Shown here: piece by piece, positions 37,584 to 46,564 of the stretch
Layout of the letters: every line of letters starts with the position of its first letter
Position numbering within the stretch: the stretch's first letter is position 1
From: Minisyncoccota bacterium
GTDB lineage: Bacteria > Patescibacteriota > Microgenomatia > UBA1400 > PJMF01
Reading direction: 5' to 3'
Assembly: GCA_012515515.1 (NCBI GenBank)
Contig: JAAYYE010000010.1
Coordinates: forward strand, 18,258-82,257
Length of the DNA: 64,000 bases
Position numbers and translations under genes: made by a program
The notes under the pieces: generated by a model
Told to the model about the DNA's origin: nothing
Database searches by the model: none
The model's input: the letters and a program-made list of their open reading frames with translations, nothing else

Positions 37584-39671
37584 ATGAATTTTCAAGCTCT
37601 TTTTCAACCACAATCAATTGCCATCGTTGGGGCATCAAGCAGAGAAAAAACTGTTGGCAATGATGTCGTAAAAAACTTGGTGCAACAGGGATTTGCTGGA
37701 CAGATTTTTCCCATTAATCCAAAAATTGACGAACTATACGGTGTCAAAGTCTATCATGATATCAAAGACCTAGATCAAAAAATTGACTTAGTGGTGGTGG
37801 CCATTCCGGCTAAATTTGTTAATTCAGCCATCGAGGAAGCAGCCAAAAAAGGCGCTCAAGCCGCAATAGTTATCTCTGCTGGTTTTAAAGAAGCGGGCAA
37901 TTTTGCCCTGGAACAAGAATTGGCTGAAACTTGCAAGCGCCACAATATAATTTTAGTTGGTCCAAATTGTCTAGGAGTCATTAATGCTGAGCAAAAAATG
38001 AATGCTTCTTTTGCCGCCATTATGCCTGAAGTAGGCAATGTGGCATTTATGTCGCAAAGTGGAGCCCTGTGTACAGCAGTGCTAGATTACGCCAAAGAAT
38101 TGGGTTTAGGTTTTTCAAAATTTATTAGTATTGGTAATAAAGCTGCTTTAGATGAGTTGGCCTTAATTCAATATTTACATGAAGATCCCCAGACAAAAGT
38201 AATTTGTATTTATGCTGAGGCTCTTGATAATGCTCCAGCCATTATTGCTAGTTTGAAAAAACTTAATCGAGGTAAGAATCCTAAGCCTGTTATTATTTTA
38301 AAATCAGGCAAGACTGAAGCTGGAGCCAGTGCCATTGCTTCTCATACTGGTTCTTTGAGTGGAGGAGACAATGCTTATCAGGCTTTATTTGATCAGGCAG
38401 GCATAATTCGTGCTCAATCAATCAGTGAATTGTTTGATTTAGCATCGGTGATGAGTACTAATCCATTAAAAGCAATTAAAAGCGTCACCATTGTGACAAA
38501 TGCTGGTGGACCAGGTGTATTAACCACTGATGCAATCATCGAAAATGGTTTGACAATGGCTGAATTAGAGAAAAATACCGTTAAAAAATTAAGAGAATTT
38601 TTACCTGCAGCTGCTAATGTTCACAACCCTGTTGATGTTTTAGGTGATGCTGTTGGTGAGGTCTATGAAAAAACCCTCAATGTGCTTAGTGAAGACAAAA
38701 ATACTGATGCAATATTATTACTTTTAACCCCTCAGAGCATGACTGAACCAGTTGAAACTGCTAGAGCTGTGGTGAATTTACGAAAAAAAACAGATAAGGC
38801 CATTGTTGTCTCACTCATGGGTCGAGATTTAGTTGCTGGGGGAGTGAAATTGTTAAGGGATAATAAAATTGCTAACACCACCTTTCCTGAATCAGCAGCA
38901 CTGGGCTTGGGAGCCTTGGCTAAATTTGTCGCTTGGACAAAAATTAAGGAGAGTGGGGTAAAGGTGTTTGCAGATGTTGATCGGGAAAAAGTTGCTAAAA
39001 TCTTTCAAGAAGCGAGAAAAGTGGGTAAAACTAGTTTTCCTGAAGCAGAAGCCATGGAAATTTTACGTGCCTATAATTTCCCCTTATTAAAAAGTGCCAC
39101 AGCTAAGTCTGCTAAAGAGGCTAAAAAAATTCTCAGTGAATTTAATTGCGCTGCAGCAATGAAAATTGTTTCACCAGACATTTTACACAAGAGTGACGTT
39201 GGCGGAGTTATGCTCAATGTAACAGCAGATACAGTTGAGAGTAAATTTACGGAAATGATGACTGTTGTGGCAAAAAATATGCCTCAGGCAAAACTTGAAG
39301 GAGTCTTATTAATGGAAATGGCGCCTCAGGGCCATGAAACAATTTTAGGTATTAATAAAAATTCATTAGGCAGTATGTTGATGTTTGGTTTGGGCGGCAT
39401 TTACGTCGAAGTTTTTAAGGATGTGACCTTTGCTTTCCCACCATTAACACTCTTAGAAATCAAAAAAATGGTTAATGGCTTAAAATCGAGTAGTATTTTT
39501 GCAGGAACTCGAGGACAGCAGGCAATTGATCAAGAGAGTTTGATTTCGGCCATTGCTCGCCTAGCCCAATTAAGTAGTGATTTTCCTGAAATTAAAGAAT
39601 TAGACATCAATCCTTTGTTATTAAGCGCTAGTGGGGCCAAAGTGCTCGATGCGCGGATTGTGATCGATTAA
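37584..39671 (+). CDS. ADP-forming acetate-CoA ligase, fused alpha/beta
   Basis: IAIVGAS, GPNCLG, SQSGA, SHTG phospho-His, NAGG.G, NPVD, HKSDVGGV, ELDINP; no GNAT domain. Confidence 0.9.
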   Translation: MNFQALFQPQSIAIVGASSREKTVGNDVVKNLVQQGFAGQIFPINPKIDELYGVKVYHDIKDLDQKIDLVVVAIPAKFVNSAIEEAAKKGAQAAIVISAGFKEAGNFALEQELAETCKRHNIILVGPNCLGVINAEQKMNASFAAIMPEVGNVAFMSQSGALCTAVLDYAKELGLGFSKFISIGNKAALDELALIQYLHEDPQTKVICIYAEALDNAPAIIASLKKLNRGKNPKPVIILKSGKTEAGASAIASHTGSLSGGDNAYQALFDQAGIIRAQSISELFDLASVMSTNPLKAIKSVTIVTNAGGPGVLTTDAIIENGLTMAELEKNTVKKLREFLPAAANVHNPVDVLGDAVGEVYEKTLNVLSEDKNTDAILLLLTPQSMTEPVETARAVVNLRKKTDKAIVVSLMGRDLVAGGVKLLRDNKIANTTFPESAALGLGALAKFVAWTKIKESGVKVFADVDREKVAKIFQEARKVGKTSFPEAEAMEILRAYNFPLLKSATAKSAKEAKKILSEFNCAAAMKIVSPDILHKSDVGGVMLNVTADTVESKFTEMMTVVAKNMPQAKLEGVLLMEMAPQGHETILGINKNSLGSMLMFGLGGIYVEVFKDVTFAFPPLTLLEIKKMVNGLKSSSIFAGTRGQQAIDQESLISAIARLAQLSSDFPEIKELDINPLLLSASGAKVLDARIVID

Positions 39672-39672
39672 T

Positions 39673-40803
39673 ATGACAAGAGCCTTATATGCCCTTTCTG
39701 GAGATCCAATTACTCATGGACATCTAGATGTTATTAAGCGAGCAGCCAAGGCTTTTGATCAGTTAATTGTTGCGATTGGCATTAATCCACTTAAAAATTA
39801 TTTATTTACCCTAGAAGAACGCAAAGAAATGGCTCAGCGGAGCCTGGCACAATATAAAAATGTCAAGGTGCTTTCATTTACTGGTTTATTGGTGGATTTT
39901 GCCTATGAAAATAATGTTGATTTTATTATTAAAGGGGTCAGGAGCAACCAGGATTTTGAGTATGAACATAATTTACACCTAATGGGTGAAAGTCAACGGC
40001 TGGGGATTGACACCTTTTTATTGTTTACCAAGGCAGAATTAGCTCATATTAGTTCGAGTGCCGTTAAGGAAATTCAAAATGATCAGGGCTTGATTCAAGA
40101 TTATGTCAGCCCTTATGTTAAACAATGTTTAGAAAAAAAATTATCTAAACAATTTATTATTGGTTTGACTGGAGAAATTGGCAGTGGTAAGAGTTATATT
40201 GGTCAGGAACTAGTTAAGCTGGCCGAGGCAGATCAGATTGTTGCTCATAACATCGAGTTAGATTTGATTTCCTCCCAAATTCAAGAGAATTTAAGTGAAG
40301 AAAAATATAAATTAGTCAGACAAGAGATTATCAAAAATTTTGGTCAAGAAGTTTGTAAAAAAGATGGTGGTCTTGATCGAAAAGCTTTGGGAGAAATTGT
40401 TTTTGCCGATAGCAAGAAACTCAGTAAATTAAATGAAATTATGCACACGCCTATTTTAGTGAGATTGCGTAAAGAATTAAAAAAGAAACAAGGTTTAATC
40501 ATACTCAACGCTGCCTTGTTAGCCGAAACCAAGATGATGGACTTAAGCAACTATAATTTAATTTTACTAAATGTTGATGAGGCAACCCAAGAAAAACGCT
40601 TAATTGAGCGTGGTTTAAATAAAGAACAAATTAAGCGTCGTTTGGCAAGTCAGTATGATTTTGCCAAAAAGAAAAAAATCATTAAACAAGCCATTGATCA
40701 TCACCAACACGGACAATTATTTATTTTGGAAAACGGTGTTAGTGCTGATAAGCAAGAACTTAATCTCTTGTGGCAAAAAGTTAAAGAATATTTTGCTCTC
40801 TAA
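39673..40803 (+). CDS. coaD: Bifunctional phosphopantetheine adenylyltransferase / dephospho-CoA kinase (CoaD-CoaE fusion)
   Basis: N-half: DPITHGHLD, KGVR...DFEYE, ISSS.VKE. C-half: IIGLTGEIGSGKS, LDRKALG.IVF, RLASQ. Confidence 0.92.
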   Translation: MTRALYALSGDPITHGHLDVIKRAAKAFDQLIVAIGINPLKNYLFTLEERKEMAQRSLAQYKNVKVLSFTGLLVDFAYENNVDFIIKGVRSNQDFEYEHNLHLMGESQRLGIDTFLLFTKAELAHISSSAVKEIQNDQGLIQDYVSPYVKQCLEKKLSKQFIIGLTGEIGSGKSYIGQELVKLAEADQIVAHNIELDLISSQIQENLSEEKYKLVRQEIIKNFGQEVCKKDGGLDRKALGEIVFADSKKLSKLNEIMHTPILVRLRKELKKKQGLIILNAALLAETKMMDLSNYNLILLNVDEATQEKRLIERGLNKEQIKRRLASQYDFAKKKKIIKQAIDHHQHGQLFILENGVSADKQELNLLWQKVKEYFAL

Positions 40804-40820
40804 TTTACTTGCTCTCTAAT

Positions 40821-41588
40821 TTAGAAAATTAGTTCGATAGAAATCGGGCAGTGATCTGATCCTAGTACTTGCTCATGAATCGTGGCTGCTTGCAAATTTT
40901 TAAGCAATGGCTGGCTAACAAAAAAATAGTCAATTCTCCAACCGACGTTGCGTTGTCTCGCTCCACTTCTTTGACTCCACCAGGTGTATGCCTCAGTTTT
41001 GTTAGGATAAAAATGCCGATAACTATCAATAAAACCCAATTCTAAAAGTTGGTCAATCCACTTTCTTTCTTCTGCTAAAAATCCAGAAATTTTTTCATTA
41101 GCTTTTGGTCTAGCTAGATCAATTTCTCGATGCGCAGTATTAACATCACCAGTGATAATAATATTTGCCTGTTGTTTTTTTAGCGTCTTTAAATAGTCAA
41201 GCAGATAGTAATAATAGTCCATTTTATAAGCTAGTCTTTCCTTGCTGGCTTTACCATTAGGGAAATAGATATTAAATAAGACGAAGTTTGGATAATAGTG
41301 AATAATTGTTCGACCTTCTCGATCAAAGCGTTTCTCGCCTAAGCCAATTTGAATTTTTGTGGGTTTTATTGAGGTATAAGTGGCTGTTCCGCTGTAACCT
41401 GCTTTTTCTGCACTGGCAAAACTGACTTGAAAATTATCAATATCTGTTAGTTCAAAACCAAGCTGATCGGGATGAGCTTTTGTTTCTTGAAGACATAAAA
41501 TATCTGGTTTTTCATTCGCTACCCACTCCAAAAAACCCTTTTTTAAAATTGCTCTAATGCCATTGACATTCCACGAATAAATTTTCAT
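40821..41588 (-). CDS. xth: Exodeoxyribonuclease III / AP endonuclease
   Basis: SWNVNGIRA, LQETK, GYSG, GDVN.AH, YTWW, GWRIDY, GSDHCP. Confidence 0.96.
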   Translation of the reverse strand: MKIYSWNVNGIRAILKKGFLEWVANEKPDILCLQETKAHPDQLGFELTDIDNFQVSFASAEKAGYSGTATYTSIKPTKIQIGLGEKRFDREGRTIIHYYPNFVLFNIYFPNGKASKERLAYKMDYYYYLLDYLKTLKKQQANIIITGDVNTAHREIDLARPKANEKISGFLAEERKWIDQLLELGFIDSYRHFYPNKTEAYTWWSQRSGARQRNVGWRIDYFFVSQPLLKNLQAATIHEQVLGSDHCPISIELIF

Positions 41589-41634
41589 ATGCCTTATTAT
41601 AGCGAAAATACCGACGATGGTTTATTATAGTTGA

Positions 41635-42600
41635 GTGGCAGAATACTTCAATGCTTTAGATCACGCTGTTTATTTTACTTTAGCTTATAGCGATGTCTTT
41701 AATTTCCCCTTAACTAAAGAGGAAATTATAGCGCGCTTACCAGTGGTTTGGGATTGGCCATATCTTACAGATCAGCGAATCAAAACCCAAAAATTGCTTC
41801 TTGATTCAAGCGAAAATAGTGTTGAAAAAAGTTTGCTTAAGTTAGAGAAAAAGCAAAAAATTGATAAAAAACAATTAAGAAATACCAGCTATTATTTCTT
41901 AAAAAACCGCCAAAAATTGCTTGTCCAAAGATTAAAAAAGCAAGAAATTGCTCAGCTGAGACAAAGCGCAATTGATCAAGTTAGTAATTACTTGAGTAAA
42001 TTCCCCACAATTAGCGCTCTCGCCTTGACTGGGGCTAGTGCAGTTAATAATGCCAAGCTAGATGATGATTTAGATTTTTGTATTATTGTTAAAAAAAATA
42101 CCCTGTGGATAACCCGCTTTTTTGTCATTTTATTAACGAAAATTCTTCATAAACAGCCACAAATTATTCTGCAGACAAAAGAAAATAACAAACAAGCTTG
42201 GTGTTTTAACTTATGGTTAGATGAAAATAAATTAAATATGGCTAAGAGAGGTCTTAGCATATTTCAAAGTTATGAACTTAAACAAATGTCCTGGTTATTT
42301 GATCGGGCCGATATTAAGCAAAAAATATTACTAGCTAATCCACAACTTGTATCATTAATTGATGTAGCAAGTCAAAATGGTTCAGCTGTGATTACTAGTG
42401 ACAATATTTTTGATTATTTAAGGAAGCTATTAAATTATATTTTCTATTTCATTCAATGCTTTTATCGATATTTTAAATTTGGTAGAGAAAATTATGACTT
42501 AAGTCTTTACCAAGCTCATTTTAATGATCTCAGTCGTCAAAAACACATTTTTCAAAAAATTAAGAGAAAAATGACCAAAAATGATTTTTCTGATTTTTAA
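41635..42600 (+). CDS. Hypothetical protein with nucleotidyltransferase-like motif
   Basis: TLAYSD.F.FPLT..EI N-terminus; TGASA....DDDLD; LW.TR; C.NLW.D. Confidence 0.72.
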   Translation: MAEYFNALDHAVYFTLAYSDVFNFPLTKEEIIARLPVVWDWPYLTDQRIKTQKLLLDSSENSVEKSLLKLEKKQKIDKKQLRNTSYYFLKNRQKLLVQRLKKQEIAQLRQSAIDQVSNYLSKFPTISALALTGASAVNNAKLDDDLDFCIIVKKNTLWITRFFVILLTKILHKQPQIILQTKENNKQAWCFNLWLDENKLNMAKRGLSIFQSYELKQMSWLFDRADIKQKILLANPQLVSLIDVASQNGSAVITSDNIFDYLRKLLNYIFYFIQCFYRYFKFGRENYDLSLYQAHFNDLSRQKHIFQKIKRKMTKNDFSDF

Positions 42601-43486
42601 AGTATTTAGCTTTTTTGCAGGCTGTAAACCAAGTTCTGTCCTATTTTTCCTCCAAGTAATTTTTATTTTAGTCATGATCATATTGCTTCTTGTAGCAATT
42701 AATTTAGTCCAACGCCAATTATGCTTGAGAAAAATTCGCTCAATTATTAGTAATTATTATGATTTTTTAATCAGCTCGCTCTCATTAATTGATGCTGGAA
42801 AAATTTCTTGTTTATTAGCCAATAATTTTAAAAATAATTTAACATCCTTACGCTTGATTGCTGATTCCTTTCAAGACCCAGAGTTTTTTCAAAACAAAGA
42901 GCAGCTTAATAAATATTTAATGATGGCGGAAACACTATTGCTCAAAATGAAAAAAAGAGAAGATTTATTGAATAGGCAATTAACTCCAAAGCAAGATCCC
43001 CTCCTTTTTGAATTAGTAGAAGAGATTGAGTCCCTCTTAAGCTTATATCAAGGCGTTTTAAGGGAAAATAAAATAAGACTTTATTTTATTAGTGATAAAA
43101 AATTTCGAATTTTTGCTCATGAAGACTACTTACTACTAGTAATTAATAGACTAATTTTAAAATCTGTTGAATCATTAATCTTATCTGATCAAAAAGAAAA
43201 ATATATAAAAATATCCTTAGTTAAAAGTAAAAATTTACTAAAAATAAATATTGAAAACAATGCAGCAATTAATAATTTTCCTCAAAGTAAAAAATTACAA
43301 TTTAAAAAGAATTGTCTCAGTCAAAAAAATATCACTCTCAACTTTCTTGACGCGATTATGTCTCAATATTTTCAAGAAAGAATTAGCATGACAAGACTGA
43401 AAAACCAAAATGTTTTGCTATCCATAAAAATTAAAAAATCATTTATTTTGGCTGAGTCGAAATTAAAGGTGAGGCTTAAAATGTGA
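42581..43486 (+). CDS. Membrane protein resembling a degenerate histidine kinase
   Basis: N-terminal TM; remnants of the H-box (LANNFKNNLTSL), N-box (LVINRLI.KSVE) and G1 (INIENNA) without the catalytic residues. Confidence 0.6.
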   Translation: MIFLIFKVFSFFAGCKPSSVLFFLQVIFILVMIILLLVAINLVQRQLCLRKIRSIISNYYDFLISSLSLIDAGKISCLLANNFKNNLTSLRLIADSFQDPEFFQNKEQLNKYLMMAETLLLKMKKREDLLNRQLTPKQDPLLFELVEEIESLLSLYQGVLRENKIRLYFISDKKFRIFAHEDYLLLVINRLILKSVESLILSDQKEKYIKISLVKSKNLLKINIENNAAINNFPQSKKLQFKKNCLSQKNITLNFLDAIMSQYFQERISMTRLKNQNVLLSIKIKKSFILAESKLKVRLKM

Positions 43487-43556
43487 TCCCGGGCCAGGAT
43501 TCGAACCTGGAATAATTGATTCAGAGTCAATGGTGATGCCATTTCACTACCCGGGA
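43486..43556 (-). tRNA. tRNA-Gln (anticodon CTG), CCA not encoded
   Basis: Acceptor TCCCGGG/CCCGGGA (U1:A72), anticodon arm ATTGA-CTCTGAA-TCAAT, T arm CCAGG-TTCGAAT-CCTGG. Confidence 0.95.
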
Positions 43557-43645
43557 ATTTGTATTTTTTTTAAAATTTTAACTTAACTTTATCTTTCTCA
43601 ATTAGAATCTAATCATTATTATATAACAGAAGGCATTGTAATGAG

Positions 43646-44341
43646 ATGTATAAAATATTAATTCTAGAAGATGATCTAAATTTATTAAATACCTTACAAG
43701 GGGTACTCAAAAAAGCTGGCTATCAAGTTGATCTGGCGCAAAAGCTCTCTAGAGCGGAAGAATTAGTTGCAGAGCAAGATTATGATTTGCTAATTTTTGA
43801 TCGTCTAATTGGTCAAGAAGATAGTGCTAATTTTTTAGAAGAAATTAAAAATGAAAAAAAATTTCTTCGGATATTAGTGATTAGTCACAAAAAACTTCTT
43901 CCTGACCGACTTTTATCACTCAAAGTCGCGGATGATTTTTTAGCCAAACCCTTTGTCCTTAATGAATTTCTGCTTAAAGTCAAAAATTTACTATCTCGCT
44001 CTAAACTGAGTGTTGAAGATAGTTTTGCTTGTCCATATTTTTTTCTGAATGATTCCGGGATTTTACAGAGTGCTAAAAATAAGCAAAGCTTCTATTTGCC
44101 AAAAAAAGAAAAACTGATTTTAGAATGTTTATTGTTGCATCAAAATCAGGCTGTTAGCTATCAAAGCATTATGAATTATGTTTGGCCTAATTTAGATAAT
44201 TTACCACAACAACGAACTCTTAATGTCTATGTAAGAAGAATTAGATTAAAAATTGGTAATTTCGGTCAATATATTAAAACTATTCGAGATTATGGTTTTA
44301 TTTTAGATTGTAGCCAAGCGGAATCTCAACAAAAGCAGTAG
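43646..44341 (+). CDS. OmpR/PhoB-family response regulator
   Basis: ILILEDD, LLIFD phospho-acceptor, FLAKPF; C-terminal wHTH (VW...RTLNVYVRRIR.K, IKTIRDYGF). Confidence 0.92.
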   Translation: MYKILILEDDLNLLNTLQGVLKKAGYQVDLAQKLSRAEELVAEQDYDLLIFDRLIGQEDSANFLEEIKNEKKFLRILVISHKKLLPDRLLSLKVADDFLAKPFVLNEFLLKVKNLLSRSKLSVEDSFACPYFFLNDSGILQSAKNKQSFYLPKKEKLILECLLLHQNQAVSYQSIMNYVWPNLDNLPQQRTLNVYVRRIRLKIGNFGQYIKTIRDYGFILDCSQAESQQKQ

Positions 44342-44930
44342 ATCCCTGATCTTTTTTACTAATAAATTTAATTGTTCCTGAAAATTTATTTTTAATAATT
44401 CTTTTAGAATAAAAAATTCCTACGCCTTGGTGATCATCTTTGAGAGAATAAAATTTTCTACCTAGCAACTGTTGCTCTAACCAGCTCATTCCACTTCCTC
44501 CATCTGTTATTGCAATTTGCAAATTTTCTTTGGCAATTTGTGTTTTAACTAACACTATTTTATTAACATTTGTTGATCGATAAGCTTCAACCGCATTATT
44601 AAGTAAACAATTAATTACTTCCTGAAATAGCAACTTATTGCCACTTAAAATAAGGTCATTACTTTGTTTTAACTGTTTAGTGTAGGAAACATCCTGATGA
44701 AAGCATTGATTCAGTAAAATAATTTCCACCAAAGCATCATTGACTGTAAATGACTCCCTATTTCTTTCGCTATTAAGTAGATTTTTTAAATAATTGGCGC
44801 TTAATAATATCTCTTTAAGATTGCGAGTATTATTTTTTTCACTCAAGGCTAATTGGCTATTTAGTAAGATATTGGACAGAGGAGTGCTGGCAGCATGTTT
44901 AAAAAAGTCAAAATGTGAGAAGTGCTTCAT
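44298..44930 (-). CDS. Soluble histidine kinase without a sensor domain
   Basis: H-box KHAASTPL, N-box NCLLNNAVEA, G1 DGGSG, F-box FYSLK, G2 GVGI; 210 aa, no TM. Confidence 0.82.
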   Translation of the reverse strand: MKHFSHFDFFKHAASTPLSNILLNSQLALSEKNNTRNLKEILLSANYLKNLLNSERNRESFTVNDALVEIILLNQCFHQDVSYTKQLKQSNDLILSGNKLLFQEVINCLLNNAVEAYRSTNVNKIVLVKTQIAKENLQIAITDGGSGMSWLEQQLLGRKFYSLKDDHQGVGIFYSKRIIKNKFSGTIKFISKKDQGSTAFVEIPLGYNLK

Positions 44931-45010
44931 AAAGCCCCTTTCTGTAAAACAAATAATAAATCACAGTTTACAGACCATACATAAAATTAACGTAAAGTTT
45001 TTAGTAAAAC

Positions 45011-46564
45011 TTACTTTTTTGGGATTAAAAAGCTAATGTCCCACAGTTGCAAGCAAGGTGCTTCGTTGGGACGACAGTATTCGTGTAGTAAATAGCGCTT
45101 ATCTAAATCAATTCTTAATCGATGTGAATTAACCAGCAGCCAAACGTTTTTATAATTACGACTTTTTTCAATAAAATTCTCGGGAATAGCTGAGATTGGT
45201 TGACCAATACCTTCTACCACTAAATTAGTAAGGTTTTTTTGATGCAAATACATTAGTATCCCATCAGGCAAAGTCCCGAAATAGCCCTCTGTAGCGACCG
45301 CTAGGCTCTGCTTTTCTTTACTTTCCAGCATTAATTGACTGACCTCATAAATACCCTGACCACTAGACCATTCTTCTAAATATTGAGCCCGATCAGCTCG
45401 GCTGAAAGGAATATCATCAATAGAAAAATAACTGGGAATAATGAATCCAAAACTTTGAATGAGAATTGAGATTGCAAGTAAGCCTCCTATAATTCGATAA
45501 ATTAATTTTTTTTGTGTGAATAAATAAGTTAAATTTAGAGCAGCTGAAATAATTAAAAAAAGACTGGCAGGCAATAAATATCTTGGATAAATAATTTTTC
45601 CCATACAAGCTAGGGGTAAAATAAAAGCCAAAAAAGAGGTTAATAATAGAAGTTGTTCTTTGCGCTGCTCTTTGTTAAAAAAAACAAAGGCTAACAACAG
45701 CAAGCCCAAAGCAAAATATTGTAAATATTGCTCAATAAAAAATTTAAGATTATTAAAAGTGGTATTAATCACTTCTATTTTAAATAATGAACTAAGTGGA
45801 TGTAAAAAATCTCCGCCTCGACTAAATATCTGTGGGAAAACCGCTAGACGTTTAAAACTATAAAAAAGCAAAAGACCTAAACCAAGAGCCAAAGCCAAAG
45901 CCAAAATATTTTTACCCAAACTCTTGACATCAAATTTTTTAGAATAAAAAAATAAAACAAATAAAACAAGTAAACTTGGAATAAATAAGAGTGCGCTTAA
46001 TTTACTAAATAAAGCTAAAAAAAAGCTGAGACTTAATAAGAGTAAATATTTTAATTTAATATTTTTGAGAAATTTTAAGCCGAAGTAAAAACTTAAATTT
46101 AAATTAAAAAATAATAAAGCATCGGTTAAAGCCATACGATGATGAAAAAAAGTAAAAGGTGAAAGGATAGTCATTAACATGGCCAAATATTGCACTAGCT
46201 GTTGTTGCTTAGTATCTTTGCTAAATTCTTTGCCGATGAGGCCAATGATTAAGACATTGCCAGCTCCAATAAGTACAGATAAAAATCTTCCAGCAAAAAG
46301 CGGATTAGTAAACATAAACTGAAAGGGGATCATCAACCACATTTGTAAAGGGGTTTTTCCGTCATTCATCGGAAAAAATAGATAACGACGCCAGTCATCA
46401 ATGATCAACTGTGTCCAACGAATGTAGATGGCTTCATCAGCAAAAACCGGTAGTTTAATTAAACGAAACAAAGTTAGCAAAAAATAAACAATTAAAATTG
46501 CTAATAAAATCAGATAATGCTTTTTTTTAGCGCTTAGTGTTTTTAACATGTTTACTGATGACAT
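45011..46564 (-). CDS. GT-C glycosyltransferase (GT39/ArnT-like)
   Basis: Polytopic; PVFADEAIY, DGKTPL, GR.LS, R.AL.D, PRY. Confidence 0.82.
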   Translation of the reverse strand: MSSVNMLKTLSAKKKHYLILLAILIVYFLLTLFRLIKLPVFADEAIYIRWTQLIIDDWRRYLFFPMNDGKTPLQMWLMIPFQFMFTNPLFAGRFLSVLIGAGNVLIIGLIGKEFSKDTKQQQLVQYLAMLMTILSPFTFFHHRMALTDALLFFNLNLSFYFGLKFLKNIKLKYLLLLSLSFFLALFSKLSALLFIPSLLVLFVLFFYSKKFDVKSLGKNILALALALGLGLLLFYSFKRLAVFPQIFSRGGDFLHPLSSLFKIEVINTTFNNLKFFIEQYLQYFALGLLLLAFVFFNKEQRKEQLLLLTSFLAFILPLACMGKIIYPRYLLPASLFLIISAALNLTYLFTQKKLIYRIIGGLLAISILIQSFGFIIPSYFSIDDIPFSRADRAQYLEEWSSGQGIYEVSQLMLESKEKQSLAVATEGYFGTLPDGILMYLHQKNLTNLVVEGIGQPISAIPENFIEKSRNYKNVWLLVNSHRLRIDLDKRYLLHEYCRPNEAPCLQLWDISFLIPKK

